IMG/VR virus record: IMGVR_UViG_3300043570_002836
Coordinates: 32,512 to 96,511 of that record
DNA from: a virus
Direction: 5' to 3' (one strand)
DNA length: 64,000 nucleotides
The notes below the pieces were generated by a model. That model was not told the origin of the DNA. It ran no database searches and worked only from the letters and a program-made list of their open reading frames with translations. Positions 27,362-35,117 of the stretch are shown one piece after another (the first letter of the stretch is position 1; each line of letters begins with the position of its first letter). The translations under genes and the position numbers were made by a program.

Positions 27362-27482
27362 AGTCGTAATGTTTTTAAATATTAAGTCGCGGGGAATCCA
27401 TCTGCCGCTTATTACTAGAATCTTGTGGTTTACTTACTATAGTTCATACCGTTACCACTAGGAAACCCAACTTAATATTTTG

Positions 27483-27554
27483 TAGCCCCTGTAGGACTCG
27501 AACCTACACTATTTTGTATGTAAAACAAACACTTTTCCTTTAAGTTAAGGAGCT
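27483..27554 (-). tRNA. tRNA-Val(TAC)
   Basis: TTTGT-TTTACAT-ACAAA. Confidence 0.85.
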
Positions 27555-27562
27555 AATTATTG

Positions 27563-27637
27563 TGTCCCCGACAGGAATCGAACCTGTGACCCTTCCATTA
27601 AAAGTGGAATGCTCTAAACCAACTGAGCTACGAGGAC
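27563..27637 (-). tRNA. tRNA-Lys(TTT)
   Basis: TTCCA-CTTTTAA-TGGAA. Confidence 0.92.
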
Positions 27638-27648
27638 ATTTTTTTAAG

Positions 27649-27722
27649 TCGGAATGGTAGGGTTCGAACCTACGACCTTTCACGTATCAGGCGAATGCTC
27701 TAACCAACTGAGCTACATTCCG
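27649..27722 (-). tRNA. tRNA-Ile(GAT)
   Basis: TTCGC-CTGATAC-GTGAA. Confidence 0.92.
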
Positions 27723-27729
27723 TTATTTT

Positions 27730-27804
27730 TGGTCGGGGTAGCAGGTGTCGAACCTGCCGCCTCTTGGTCCCAAACCAAGCGTCTCTCCCCAAGACTATAC
27801 CCCG
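27730..27804 (-). tRNA. tRNA-Pro(TGG)
   Basis: CTTGG-TTTGGGA-CCAAG; CCA encoded. Confidence 0.9.
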
Positions 27805-28200
27805 TTATTTTGTTTTTAAGATATCCCCCAACTTCTTTACACGATTTTTGAAAGTTGTGTTGTAGAACTTTTCAAAATCTTGTTTAAGGTAGTTGAATCT
27901 GATATCACACCCATTTTTTAATTCTTTGTATGTGGAACCCCAATTCATCCCATCATTTACCATATCAATAACCAAGATTCCTACAGATAAGTTAGTAACA
28001 TTCCCAACCCATATTGATATCTTCAATTCAGGGTTATATAAACCTCTACCATAAGATTCACCTCTTGGGTCAATAACAAAACCTCTTTTTTTGAACTCAT
28101 CTAAAATGAAAGTTACCATTTCAGGTTTTAAACCTGATTGAATAGATTTAATCTCGTTATTTAATCCTTGAACTTTAGTTATTTTGTCTGTAGTTGTCAT
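27805..28200 (-). CDS. Hypothetical protein inside tRNA array B
   Basis: 131-aa ORF with its own TAGATTTG promoter (28229-28236); stop abuts tRNA-Pro. Confidence 0.65.
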   Translation of the reverse strand: MTTTDKITKVQGLNNEIKSIQSGLKPEMVTFILDEFKKRGFVIDPRGESYGRGLYNPELKISIWVGNVTNLSVGILVIDMVNDGMNWGSTYKELKNGCDIRFNYLKQDFEKFYNTTFKNRVKKLGDILKTK

Positions 28201-28280
28201 ATGTATGGGTTTATCGTTGTTTGTCTTACAAATCTACGAAATCATTTCCATTCTCACAACACTTTTGTTATTTTTTTTTG

Positions 28281-28350
28281 TACCGAGTATGGGTTTCGAA
28301 CCCACTTGACCATCCTTATGAGAGATAGTTCTTTTCCTTTAAGCCTCGGT
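28281..28350 (-). tRNA. Atypical tRNA-CAT (probably elongator Met) with shortened D-arm region
   Basis: TATCT-CTCATAA-GGATG; T-arm GTGGG-TTCGAAA-CCCAT; acceptor ACCGAG/CTCGGT. Confidence 0.65.
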
Positions 28351-28357
28351 GTTTCTG

Positions 28358-28445
28358 CGGAAGATGTAGGGTTCGAACCTACGCATCATATTTCAGACCT
28401 ACTTGTTTAGCAAACAAGCCTCTTTACCGATTTGAGTAATCTTCC
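28358..28445 (-). tRNA. tRNA-Ser(GCT)
   Basis: CTTGT-TTGCTAA-ACAAG; long variable arm. Confidence 0.9.
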
Positions 28446-28485
28446 AAATTATACCGACCTAGCTCGGTATCACACATCGGATACG

Positions 28486-28557
28486 TAGTCCCCCAAGGAC
28501 TCGAACCTTGACAATAACATCCGTAGTGTTAAGTGCTATCCATTACACCAAGGAACC
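28486..28557 (-). tRNA. tRNA-Arg(ACG)
   Basis: TAACA-CTACGGA-TGTTA. Confidence 0.9.
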
Positions 28558-28613
28558 AAATTATTAGGTCAGGACCTAATAATCACTCATTATTAGGTTT
28601 TAACCTTATATTG

Positions 28614-28688
28614 GGAGTATAGTGAGATTTGAACTCACCCTATTATCACCACAAAATAACGTGCTCAACCACTGACACTATATACTCC
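28614..28688 (-). tRNA. tRNA-His(GTG)
   Basis: TTATT-TTGTGGT-GATAA; G-1:C73. Confidence 0.88.
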
Positions 28689-28766
28689 ATAAAAACCCCA
28701 CTTCATCAGCTTAACGGACTGACTGCCATATCGGAGGTGGGGGTATCCTGTTAATTCAGGACCTCG

Positions 28767-28839
28767 TGGGACAGGAGAGAATCGAACTCTCATTGCTTGT
28801 TCTTCAAACAAGTGCCTTGACCAACTTGGCAACTGACCC
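28767..28839 (-). tRNA. tRNA-Phe(GAA)
   Basis: CTTGT-TTGAAGA-ACAAG. Confidence 0.88.
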
Positions 28840-28848
28840 AATTTATTG

Positions 28849-28921
28849 TTGTCCCACAAGGGTTCGAACCTCGACTCTTCTGTACCAAAAACAGACGTGT
28901 TGCCAATTACACTATAGGACA
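28849..28921 (-). tRNA. tRNA-Gln(TTG)
   Basis: TCTGT-TTTTGGT-ACAGA; U1-A72. Confidence 0.9.
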
Positions 28922-28927
28922 GTGAGA

Positions 28928-29053
28928 TTACTTTTGTAATCTTTTTAATAATTTTTTAATTAACTTAAATTTGATTTTAATCCCTTTAGGTTCTTGTCTC
29001 AAAAACACTCGACTTGATTCGAATGTTCCTGTTAATACTTCTTTTCTTTTCAT
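28928..29053 (-). CDS. Small basic peptide (41 aa)
   Basis: MKRKEVLTGTFESSRVFLRQEPKGIKIKFKLIKKLLKRLQK, read by hand. Confidence 0.35.
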   Translation of the reverse strand: MKRKEVLTGTFESSRVFLRQEPKGIKIKFKLIKKLLKRLQK

Positions 29054-29072
29054 AATTTATTTTTCTTTTTTG

Positions 29073-29155
29073 CGGAAGACAGAGGAATCGAACCCCTAAA
29101 GCTTTTACACCCAGCTGATTTCAAGTCAGTGTCCTCGTCCATTCGGGCGCCTTCC
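29073..29155 (-). tRNA. tRNA-Ser(TGA)
   Basis: ACTGA-CTTGAAA-TCAGC; long variable arm. Confidence 0.9.
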
Positions 29156-29243
29156 GTATTTTTATCTTTACCAATATGTCAAAGAACTTTTCATTTTACA
29201 AAGTTACATTTTTTATTTTGTAACTTCCTAATTTTTATTCCAT

Positions 29244-29274
29244 AAAAAAACCCCCGAACTTTTGGTTCAGGGGT
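29244..29274 (-). terminator. Attenuator terminator upstream of tRNA array B
   Basis: ACCCCTGAAC-CAAAA-GTTCGGGGGT followed by a U-tract. Confidence 0.85.
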
Positions 29275-29300
29275 CTTACTAAATTAATATACGTTTATAT

Positions 29301-29420
29301 TTAACTTAATATGTTTTCTGAACCATATGACATGCTAAACCACATCGGATACGATACGCAACAAACGCGAATCTGTTTCGATGGACTTACTTGTTTAATA
29401 TGTTGTTCAGTTGCTCTCAT
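29301..29420 (-). CDS. Putative leader peptide of tRNA array B (MRATEQHIKQVSPSKQIRVCCVSYPMWFSMSYGSENILS)
   Basis: 39-codon ORF behind a TAAATTTG promoter box (29447-29454); codons 6-32 match the array B anticodons; contains TGGTTCAG, complementary to the terminator 5' arm. Confidence 0.82.
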   Translation of the reverse strand: MRATEQHIKQVSPSKQIRVCCVSYPMWFSMSYGSENILS

Positions 29421-29490
29421 TTTTTTTATTCTTTAATATATATCTACAAATTTAGTAAAAGTTTGTTGAATGTCAATGTTTTTTTAAATT

Positions 29491-29673
29491 TTAACTGTTT
29501 TTCCACTCTTTCCAATAGTCAAATTCTTTTAAATTTTCTAAAAATTGTTTCTCAACCATTACATAGTTACTTGAGTTTTCCATTTCAGATAACATATTGA
29601 AAAATTGTTGTCCATCTAATGACTCGGCAAACTGTCTATGTTCTTCTTCTAATATTTCGTGAAATCTTCCCAT
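29491..29673 (-). CDS. Hypothetical protein
   Basis: 60-aa ORF. Confidence 0.5.
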   Translation of the reverse strand: MGRFHEILEEEHRQFAESLDGQQFFNMLSEMENSSNYVMVEKQFLENLKEFDYWKEWKNS

Positions 29674-29674
29674 C

Positions 29675-29854
29675 TTATATTTTCTTTACGTGGTATTCGT
29701 GACCTGAATCAGAATTTGTTTGAAAGATGTCTTTCATTGTTTCAGCTTCATTTTCGGTTTCAAATTCCCAAACCTCAATATCAGTGTTTAATAAAATAAC
29801 AGGTAAACTTTTTCCTGTTTTTTTGTTTTTTACGTTTTTGATAATTACATACAT
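29675..29854 (-). CDS. Small hypothetical protein (59 aa)
   Basis: MYVIIKNVKNKKTGKSLPVILLN..., with TAGATTTG promoter upstream. Confidence 0.5.
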   Translation of the reverse strand: MYVIIKNVKNKKTGKSLPVILLNTDIEVWEFETENEAETMKDIFQTNSDSGHEYHVKKI

Positions 29855-29906
29855 AGTCTCGATATTTTTTTTACAAATCTAATAACAATTTAGATATTAA
29901 ACAACT

Positions 29907-32573
29907 TTAAAATCTGTTTTTTTTCTTACCACCAAACATTCTTAAATTTTGTTCGGCTAACGTACCCTTCTTTAATTCAAAGATTTCATTTCGGTTAAGG
30001 GGTTTATTAACTTGTTTTGGTTTTTCATCCTTAGATGGATGATAAATATCTTTTCGGTTTTGGATGTTATTGATTAAATCGTAATTTATTTTGGCGTTTT
30101 CTTGTTTTGGTTTAACATTTAATTTGAGAACATTGGTTAATAAATTTTCAATTTTATCCTTAACTATGTTGAATTCGGATAAATTTGACGAGTTAATTAC
30201 TTCAATTGTTATTTCTTTAAATTTTTCGGTAATTAACTCGGATAATGGTCCAAAATCTTTTTTTGTTTTACTAATTTTTGAATAATTACTTCTAATTTTT
30301 GACGACATATTAGTGTCAGGATGTTGTGTTAAACTATTTGGATGAATACGTCGATAAAACCCAATTTTTTTAGTGTGGGTTAATTTTACTTTATTTTTAT
30401 ATAATCGACCCATTAAATCGGAATCAGCCGCACATCTCCACCCCTCAAATCCATTCATATTTAAAAATAAGTTTTTATTAATACCGAATACACCTTCACC
30501 GTATGTGTTAGTTGTGGTGATGGTTTTATTAATTCCTTTAACGTCACCTTTAAAATCTAAATACATAGGTTTAATTAAGTCATGCGTACTTTTTTTGGCC
30601 ATGATATCTTGTATTAATTGTTCTGTCATAATATCGTCAGAATCAAAAAATAAAATATAATTAGATTTACTAATTTTAGTTAAACTATTTTTAATAATAT
30701 ATGGACCAACATTTTTTTCAAAGTATTGAAAACTTATTCGACTATCAAAACTATTATTTTTCACATATTCTAATGTTTTTTTACAACCATCAATTCCGAT
30801 GAAGATTTCACATTCAAGGTTTTTGATAGACTTAATTATGGATTGTAACGTTTCATCAAGGAATTCAACATTGTCGAATGTTGGTAATATAATTGTTATT
30901 TCTTTCTCTTCATTTTTAATATCGAATTCATTAACTATTTTATCAATAAACAACAAATCTTTATATACCAATATGTTTTCGTTATTTTTATCATTTCCGA
31001 TAACTATAACTTTATCACCATGTGACCATTTTTGTAAATTTTCCAAAATTACAACTGAAAAATCTTTTTTAGTTTTATCAACATTAAATAAAATTTTACT
31101 ACCTATTTTCTCTTTAAAGTTATTTTCTAAATACGTTAAATGGTGCATGTTCATTCGTGAAATTAAGTACTTATTCTCAACCATTTTTCTTGCAGGGTCA
31201 GAAAGAACCGAACTATAAATATGTCTACCGTATTTTCTATCATCTATCTTATATATTGATGGTACATAAAGTTTATCTTCTAAAAAATAGTATTTATCAC
31301 TTTTATAATATGTAATTATTGGTGAATATAATGTATCAATATTATTAAGTTTCATTAAATTCACCTCCTCTCTTAGTTGACGGTCATTATAACATTCATC
31401 ATTATCTAAAGTCATAATATATTCACAATTCACCGATTTACATTTTTCTAAACCCAAATTTCTTTTATCAATCATACCATCAATTTTATCGGTATATTCG
31501 GTTTCATAAATAACTAACTCATCAATATATCCGTAATTTTGTAATTCAAGTAATAATTGTTCATTTTCATATGAACCAATTTCACCCGAAAAACTTTTTT
31601 TCTGATGTATAACACAAACATAATCAACAACATTAATAATTGACTCAATTGATTTTTTTAACACATCAACATTATAAAATGAATTATATGATACACCAAC
31701 TTTAATATTATGTAGATTTCTTTCTTTAAACTTTGTTTTAATATTTTTACTTATATCGTACCATTTATTATCTTTTAATAAATTAGATAGTAATCTTTCT
31801 AAGTCGTTGTAATTTTCATACTCATGAATCAAATCACCAAAATAATTTTTTTTACTTTTTTCAGAAACTACACATTTATTGTTATTTAACAAATAAAATA
31901 ATCTTACTTGTTCTTGTATTGAGGTTTCATAAAAATGGAGGTTCAACACTATTTTTGAGTTTGAAATAACTTCATCTAAATTATTAGTGAAATCTTTAGG
32001 TAAAAAATTTATATTTGAGTTACTAATTTCATTACCTGAGACATCATAACTATCACCAATAACAACCAAATTAAATTTCGAATTTAATTTTTGTAATATC
32101 TCAAATCTTTTTTTGTTAACCGACCCATAAAATAAAATGTCATACTTTGGGTTTTTTTTATTTTCAAGAATATCTAAAGATTTGGAATATTTCATAGGCA
32201 TAAATTTTACTTTATTATAACCTATATTTTCTAAGAACCATTTGTTAGACATATCATAATCCCAAATTTCATCACATTCATCTAACCATTTTTTTAAATG
32301 AAGTGTTCTCTTCTTTATTACTGGTGATTTACTTTTGGGGTTAAACCAATTTGGATTGTAATTAAAAAGTTGTTCTAACTGATAGACAATTATTTTTTTA
32401 TTTGGGTAATTTTCTCTATAATAGTCAATATTTTTCCCCAAATTATACCCAAGAATAACTAAACAATTATTGTACTTAGAGTCATTAGAATATAAATCGA
32501 CTACCATTTTTTTTACATGTGAAAACGTTCCGTTATCATTGTCACGATTAATTACACATTTAATACTTTCCAT
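29907..32573 (-). CDS. Multidomain glycosyltransferase (GT-B-like plus two GT2-like domains)
   Basis: YDILFYGS..KR / SKIVLNLH / EQVRL; KRNLGL...MTLDNDE; ITIILPTF...GIDGC...YILFFDSDD...GFE..AADSD. Confidence 0.75.
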   Translation of the reverse strand: MESIKCVINRDNDNGTFSHVKKMVVDLYSNDSKYNNCLVILGYNLGKNIDYYRENYPNKKIIVYQLEQLFNYNPNWFNPKSKSPVIKKRTLHLKKWLDECDEIWDYDMSNKWFLENIGYNKVKFMPMKYSKSLDILENKKNPKYDILFYGSVNKKRFEILQKLNSKFNLVVIGDSYDVSGNEISNSNINFLPKDFTNNLDEVISNSKIVLNLHFYETSIQEQVRLFYLLNNNKCVVSEKSKKNYFGDLIHEYENYNDLERLLSNLLKDNKWYDISKNIKTKFKERNLHNIKVGVSYNSFYNVDVLKKSIESIINVVDYVCVIHQKKSFSGEIGSYENEQLLLELQNYGYIDELVIYETEYTDKIDGMIDKRNLGLEKCKSVNCEYIMTLDNDECYNDRQLREEVNLMKLNNIDTLYSPIITYYKSDKYYFLEDKLYVPSIYKIDDRKYGRHIYSSVLSDPARKMVENKYLISRMNMHHLTYLENNFKEKIGSKILFNVDKTKKDFSVVILENLQKWSHGDKVIVIGNDKNNENILVYKDLLFIDKIVNEFDIKNEEKEITIILPTFDNVEFLDETLQSIIKSIKNLECEIFIGIDGCKKTLEYVKNNSFDSRISFQYFEKNVGPYIIKNSLTKISKSNYILFFDSDDIMTEQLIQDIMAKKSTHDLIKPMYLDFKGDVKGINKTITTTNTYGEGVFGINKNLFLNMNGFEGWRCAADSDLMGRLYKNKVKLTHTKKIGFYRRIHPNSLTQHPDTNMSSKIRSNYSKISKTKKDFGPLSELITEKFKEITIEVINSSNLSEFNIVKDKIENLLTNVLKLNVKPKQENAKINYDLINNIQNRKDIYHPSKDEKPKQVNKPLNRNEIFELKKGTLAEQNLRMFGGKKKNRF

Positions 32574-32750
32574 AAAAATTTAAAATTTATAACAATATCT
32601 GTCTTTCAATCGTTTAACTTTGTTGTAATACTCTGTTTTATCTACTATATTCATACTTAATAAATATAAACTAATAAAAATTATAATGTATTTTATAATA
32701 TTAGTTTTTTAACTTGAATGTTTTTTAATTTTTGTATAAATTTAGTCATA

Positions 32751-33239
32751 ATGGAAAAGGTATTAGTGTTAAATTCAGATTATACCCCAATTAATGTTAC
32801 GTCATTAATAAGGGGTTTTATATTGGTGGATAAGGGTAAAGCTGAGGTTTTAAAGTCAGGTAACAACCCTATTATGTCAGATGATAAAGAATATATCCGA
32901 CCGTTAATTATAAGATTATTAAGTTATGTTAGATATCGTGTTAAATCATTGAAGATTAATAGACAACGAATCTTTAAACGTGACGAATTTAAATGTGCTT
33001 ATTGTAATTCATCTAAGAATTTAACTATCGACCATATCAGACCTAAATCAAGGGGTGGTGATAATACATGGTTGAACTTAATTACGTGTTGTAAAAACTG
33101 TAACCGAATCAAGGATAATAAAACTCCTGAAGAGGCTAATATGAAATTACTTAGAAGACCATTTGAACCATCAATATTCTCCGAGGTGATTAACCCAACT
33201 ATATCTCAAATTTGGGATGAATTTAAACAAACGTACTAA
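32751..33239 (+). CDS. HNH endonuclease (McrA-like)
   Basis: VLVLNSDY..., IFKRD.FKCAYC...LTIDHIRPKSRGG..TW.NL.TCC..CN..K. Confidence 0.88.
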   Translation: MEKVLVLNSDYTPINVTSLIRGFILVDKGKAEVLKSGNNPIMSDDKEYIRPLIIRLLSYVRYRVKSLKINRQRIFKRDEFKCAYCNSSKNLTIDHIRPKSRGGDNTWLNLITCCKNCNRIKDNKTPEEANMKLLRRPFEPSIFSEVINPTISQIWDEFKQTY

Positions 33240-33328
33240 AAGCAAAAAGGTGTCTCACGACACCTTTTCACCAGATTTGCTCTCCTTTCTTTAAAATGTT
33301 AAGCCTTTTAGACAAATCTAAAAGATTG

Positions 33329-35098
33329 TTATGATACCAAACTTTTTATTTTATCAATACCTGTGGTTGCTAATCCTTTAACTTTACTACCAACGTTTGA
33401 TGTATTTGTACTTAAAGCGTTTGATTTTATCTTTTGAGTAACATCACCTAATTTACCTGTTAAACTTTGTAATTTAGGACAAATGTAGTCACTAATTTTA
33501 TGTTCGATAGTTTGTCCAAATGTACTTTGTTCGGCCATCTCAACCATAGCATTTCTTAATATGTCATATCCAGGACCTGTTAATCCTTGTTCGTTTTTAA
33601 TTTTATTAATAGCACCTTCGGCAATATCTTTTGCTAACATTTTACTAACAAAACTACAATTAGTTAAATTATGTAATTCTGTTAATGGTAAGTTACCCAC
33701 CGCAACTATTACAATGTTCCCTAACCAACTATTTGGGTCGAAACCAAACTTAGTTACCAACCATTTAGCAATATGTTCTTTAAAGTACTGAAATATACCT
33801 GTAGAGGCGTTTCCGAATAATCCACCTAATAAATCAAAGAAACTTTCCTTAATCAAATCTTTATTAAATTCTTGAGAATGTAAATAAGCGGTTTCAGTGA
33901 TTACTAAGTCAAAAAACTTTTTAACGTCTTTTTTACTTTTAGGGTTAATGTTTTCAGTTAATAACTTGTAACGATTAACGATAATTGTACTTTCAGATAA
34001 TAATCTATTTTGTTTTTTTACTGAGGTTTTAATCAAATTTTCTTTGATTATTTTTTTCATATCCATAGATTCATTTGTTTGTCTTGATTTATTTCTCATG
34101 AATTCATAAAGACCATACTTACTTGAATCTTGTAATAAATTATCTAATTCATCTTGAACACCAAAAGCCCCTGAATTAAATTTGGTGTTTTGTTCATAAC
34201 AACCAAATACCATTTTCTTTAACGCCATTAATGTTGCGTCATCAATTTTAGTATTACTATCTTTCATGTTGTAAAGTGCTTTAATCGACGTTCTACAATT
34301 ACTTTTAGTATACTGTTTAGTGTTTGCTAATTTTAACAATTCTTTAGGGTCCGTGACAATTTTTACTGATTCGGTATCGCCACTATTTGCGTCTTTATAG
34401 GCCTCTTTTTGTTTTTGAGTCATTTGATAAACAATAGTTGGACTACCCATGTCAACTAATTGTTTGTAATATTCCTTGTATTTACCCGCCATTAAGTCTC
34501 TAATATCAATGTGGTCATCATGTTCGGGTTGAGGGACTTCAGGTTCTTCTAAAGTATATCCTGCTAGATTTAACGCGGTTTCAATTGGTGTTTGTTGTTC
34601 AATTTTAGTATTAACCGTATTAATTTTTTGATATATGAATCTTTCACCAGGATTAAAGATTTTGGATAATGTACTTAAATCAACTTTTTTATATTCACGA
34701 CCTTGTTTAAATTCACTTGGTTCGTCTTTAATATAATCTTTATTATTCCCAATAAAGTCGGTAATAAATGCGTCTTGTTTACCTTTAGGACTTTTAGGGT
34801 CTACTGTTGTATCACAAGCCCATGTAAATTCTTTTTGAGTTTTTCGATTAACACCTTTTCCTGTGGTCTTACCGATTTCCATCTCATAAAGCCAAACATC
34901 ATCACCTTTACTATTTTTACCCGTTACAACTAATTTGTCAGCTTTTGTTGTTTTAGGTTGGGTACCAATATCAATGGTAAACCAAGGGAGTTTTTCTTTT
35001 GTGAAACACCCTTGATTTATCGCCTCTTGAATAGTTAACGGTTTATTTTCTGTATCTTGTTCGTTAATGTTTTTTCTTCCCATTTTGTTTTTTAACAT
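33329..35098 (-). CDS. Hypothetical virion protein
   Basis: 589-aa ORF with internal leader-like segment (NESMDMKKIIKENL). Confidence 0.55.
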   Translation of the reverse strand: MLKNKMGRKNINEQDTENKPLTIQEAINQGCFTKEKLPWFTIDIGTQPKTTKADKLVVTGKNSKGDDVWLYEMEIGKTTGKGVNRKTQKEFTWACDTTVDPKSPKGKQDAFITDFIGNNKDYIKDEPSEFKQGREYKKVDLSTLSKIFNPGERFIYQKINTVNTKIEQQTPIETALNLAGYTLEEPEVPQPEHDDHIDIRDLMAGKYKEYYKQLVDMGSPTIVYQMTQKQKEAYKDANSGDTESVKIVTDPKELLKLANTKQYTKSNCRTSIKALYNMKDSNTKIDDATLMALKKMVFGCYEQNTKFNSGAFGVQDELDNLLQDSSKYGLYEFMRNKSRQTNESMDMKKIIKENLIKTSVKKQNRLLSESTIIVNRYKLLTENINPKSKKDVKKFFDLVITETAYLHSQEFNKDLIKESFFDLLGGLFGNASTGIFQYFKEHIAKWLVTKFGFDPNSWLGNIVIVAVGNLPLTELHNLTNCSFVSKMLAKDIAEGAINKIKNEQGLTGPGYDILRNAMVEMAEQSTFGQTIEHKISDYICPKLQSLTGKLGDVTQKIKSNALSTNTSNVGSKVKGLATTGIDKIKSLVS

Positions 35099-35117
35099 TA
35101 CTGTTTTTTATTTTGTC

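Noticed and set aside
28692-28764. HDV-like (theta) ribozyme at a tRNA 3' end
   Set aside because: The position expected for the catalytic C before GAA is T, and I could not build P1/P3.
23855-28859. ORFs 23855-24091, 25893-26096, 27654-27851, 28168-28410, 28665-28859 and the 5' extension of 25382-25984
   Set aside because: They are translations of tRNA genes or their antisense strands.
32751-33239. HNH gene as an intron-encoded or mobile homing endonuclease
   Set aside because: It is free-standing, of the McrA-like type, and interrupts no gene; no intron structure flanks it.
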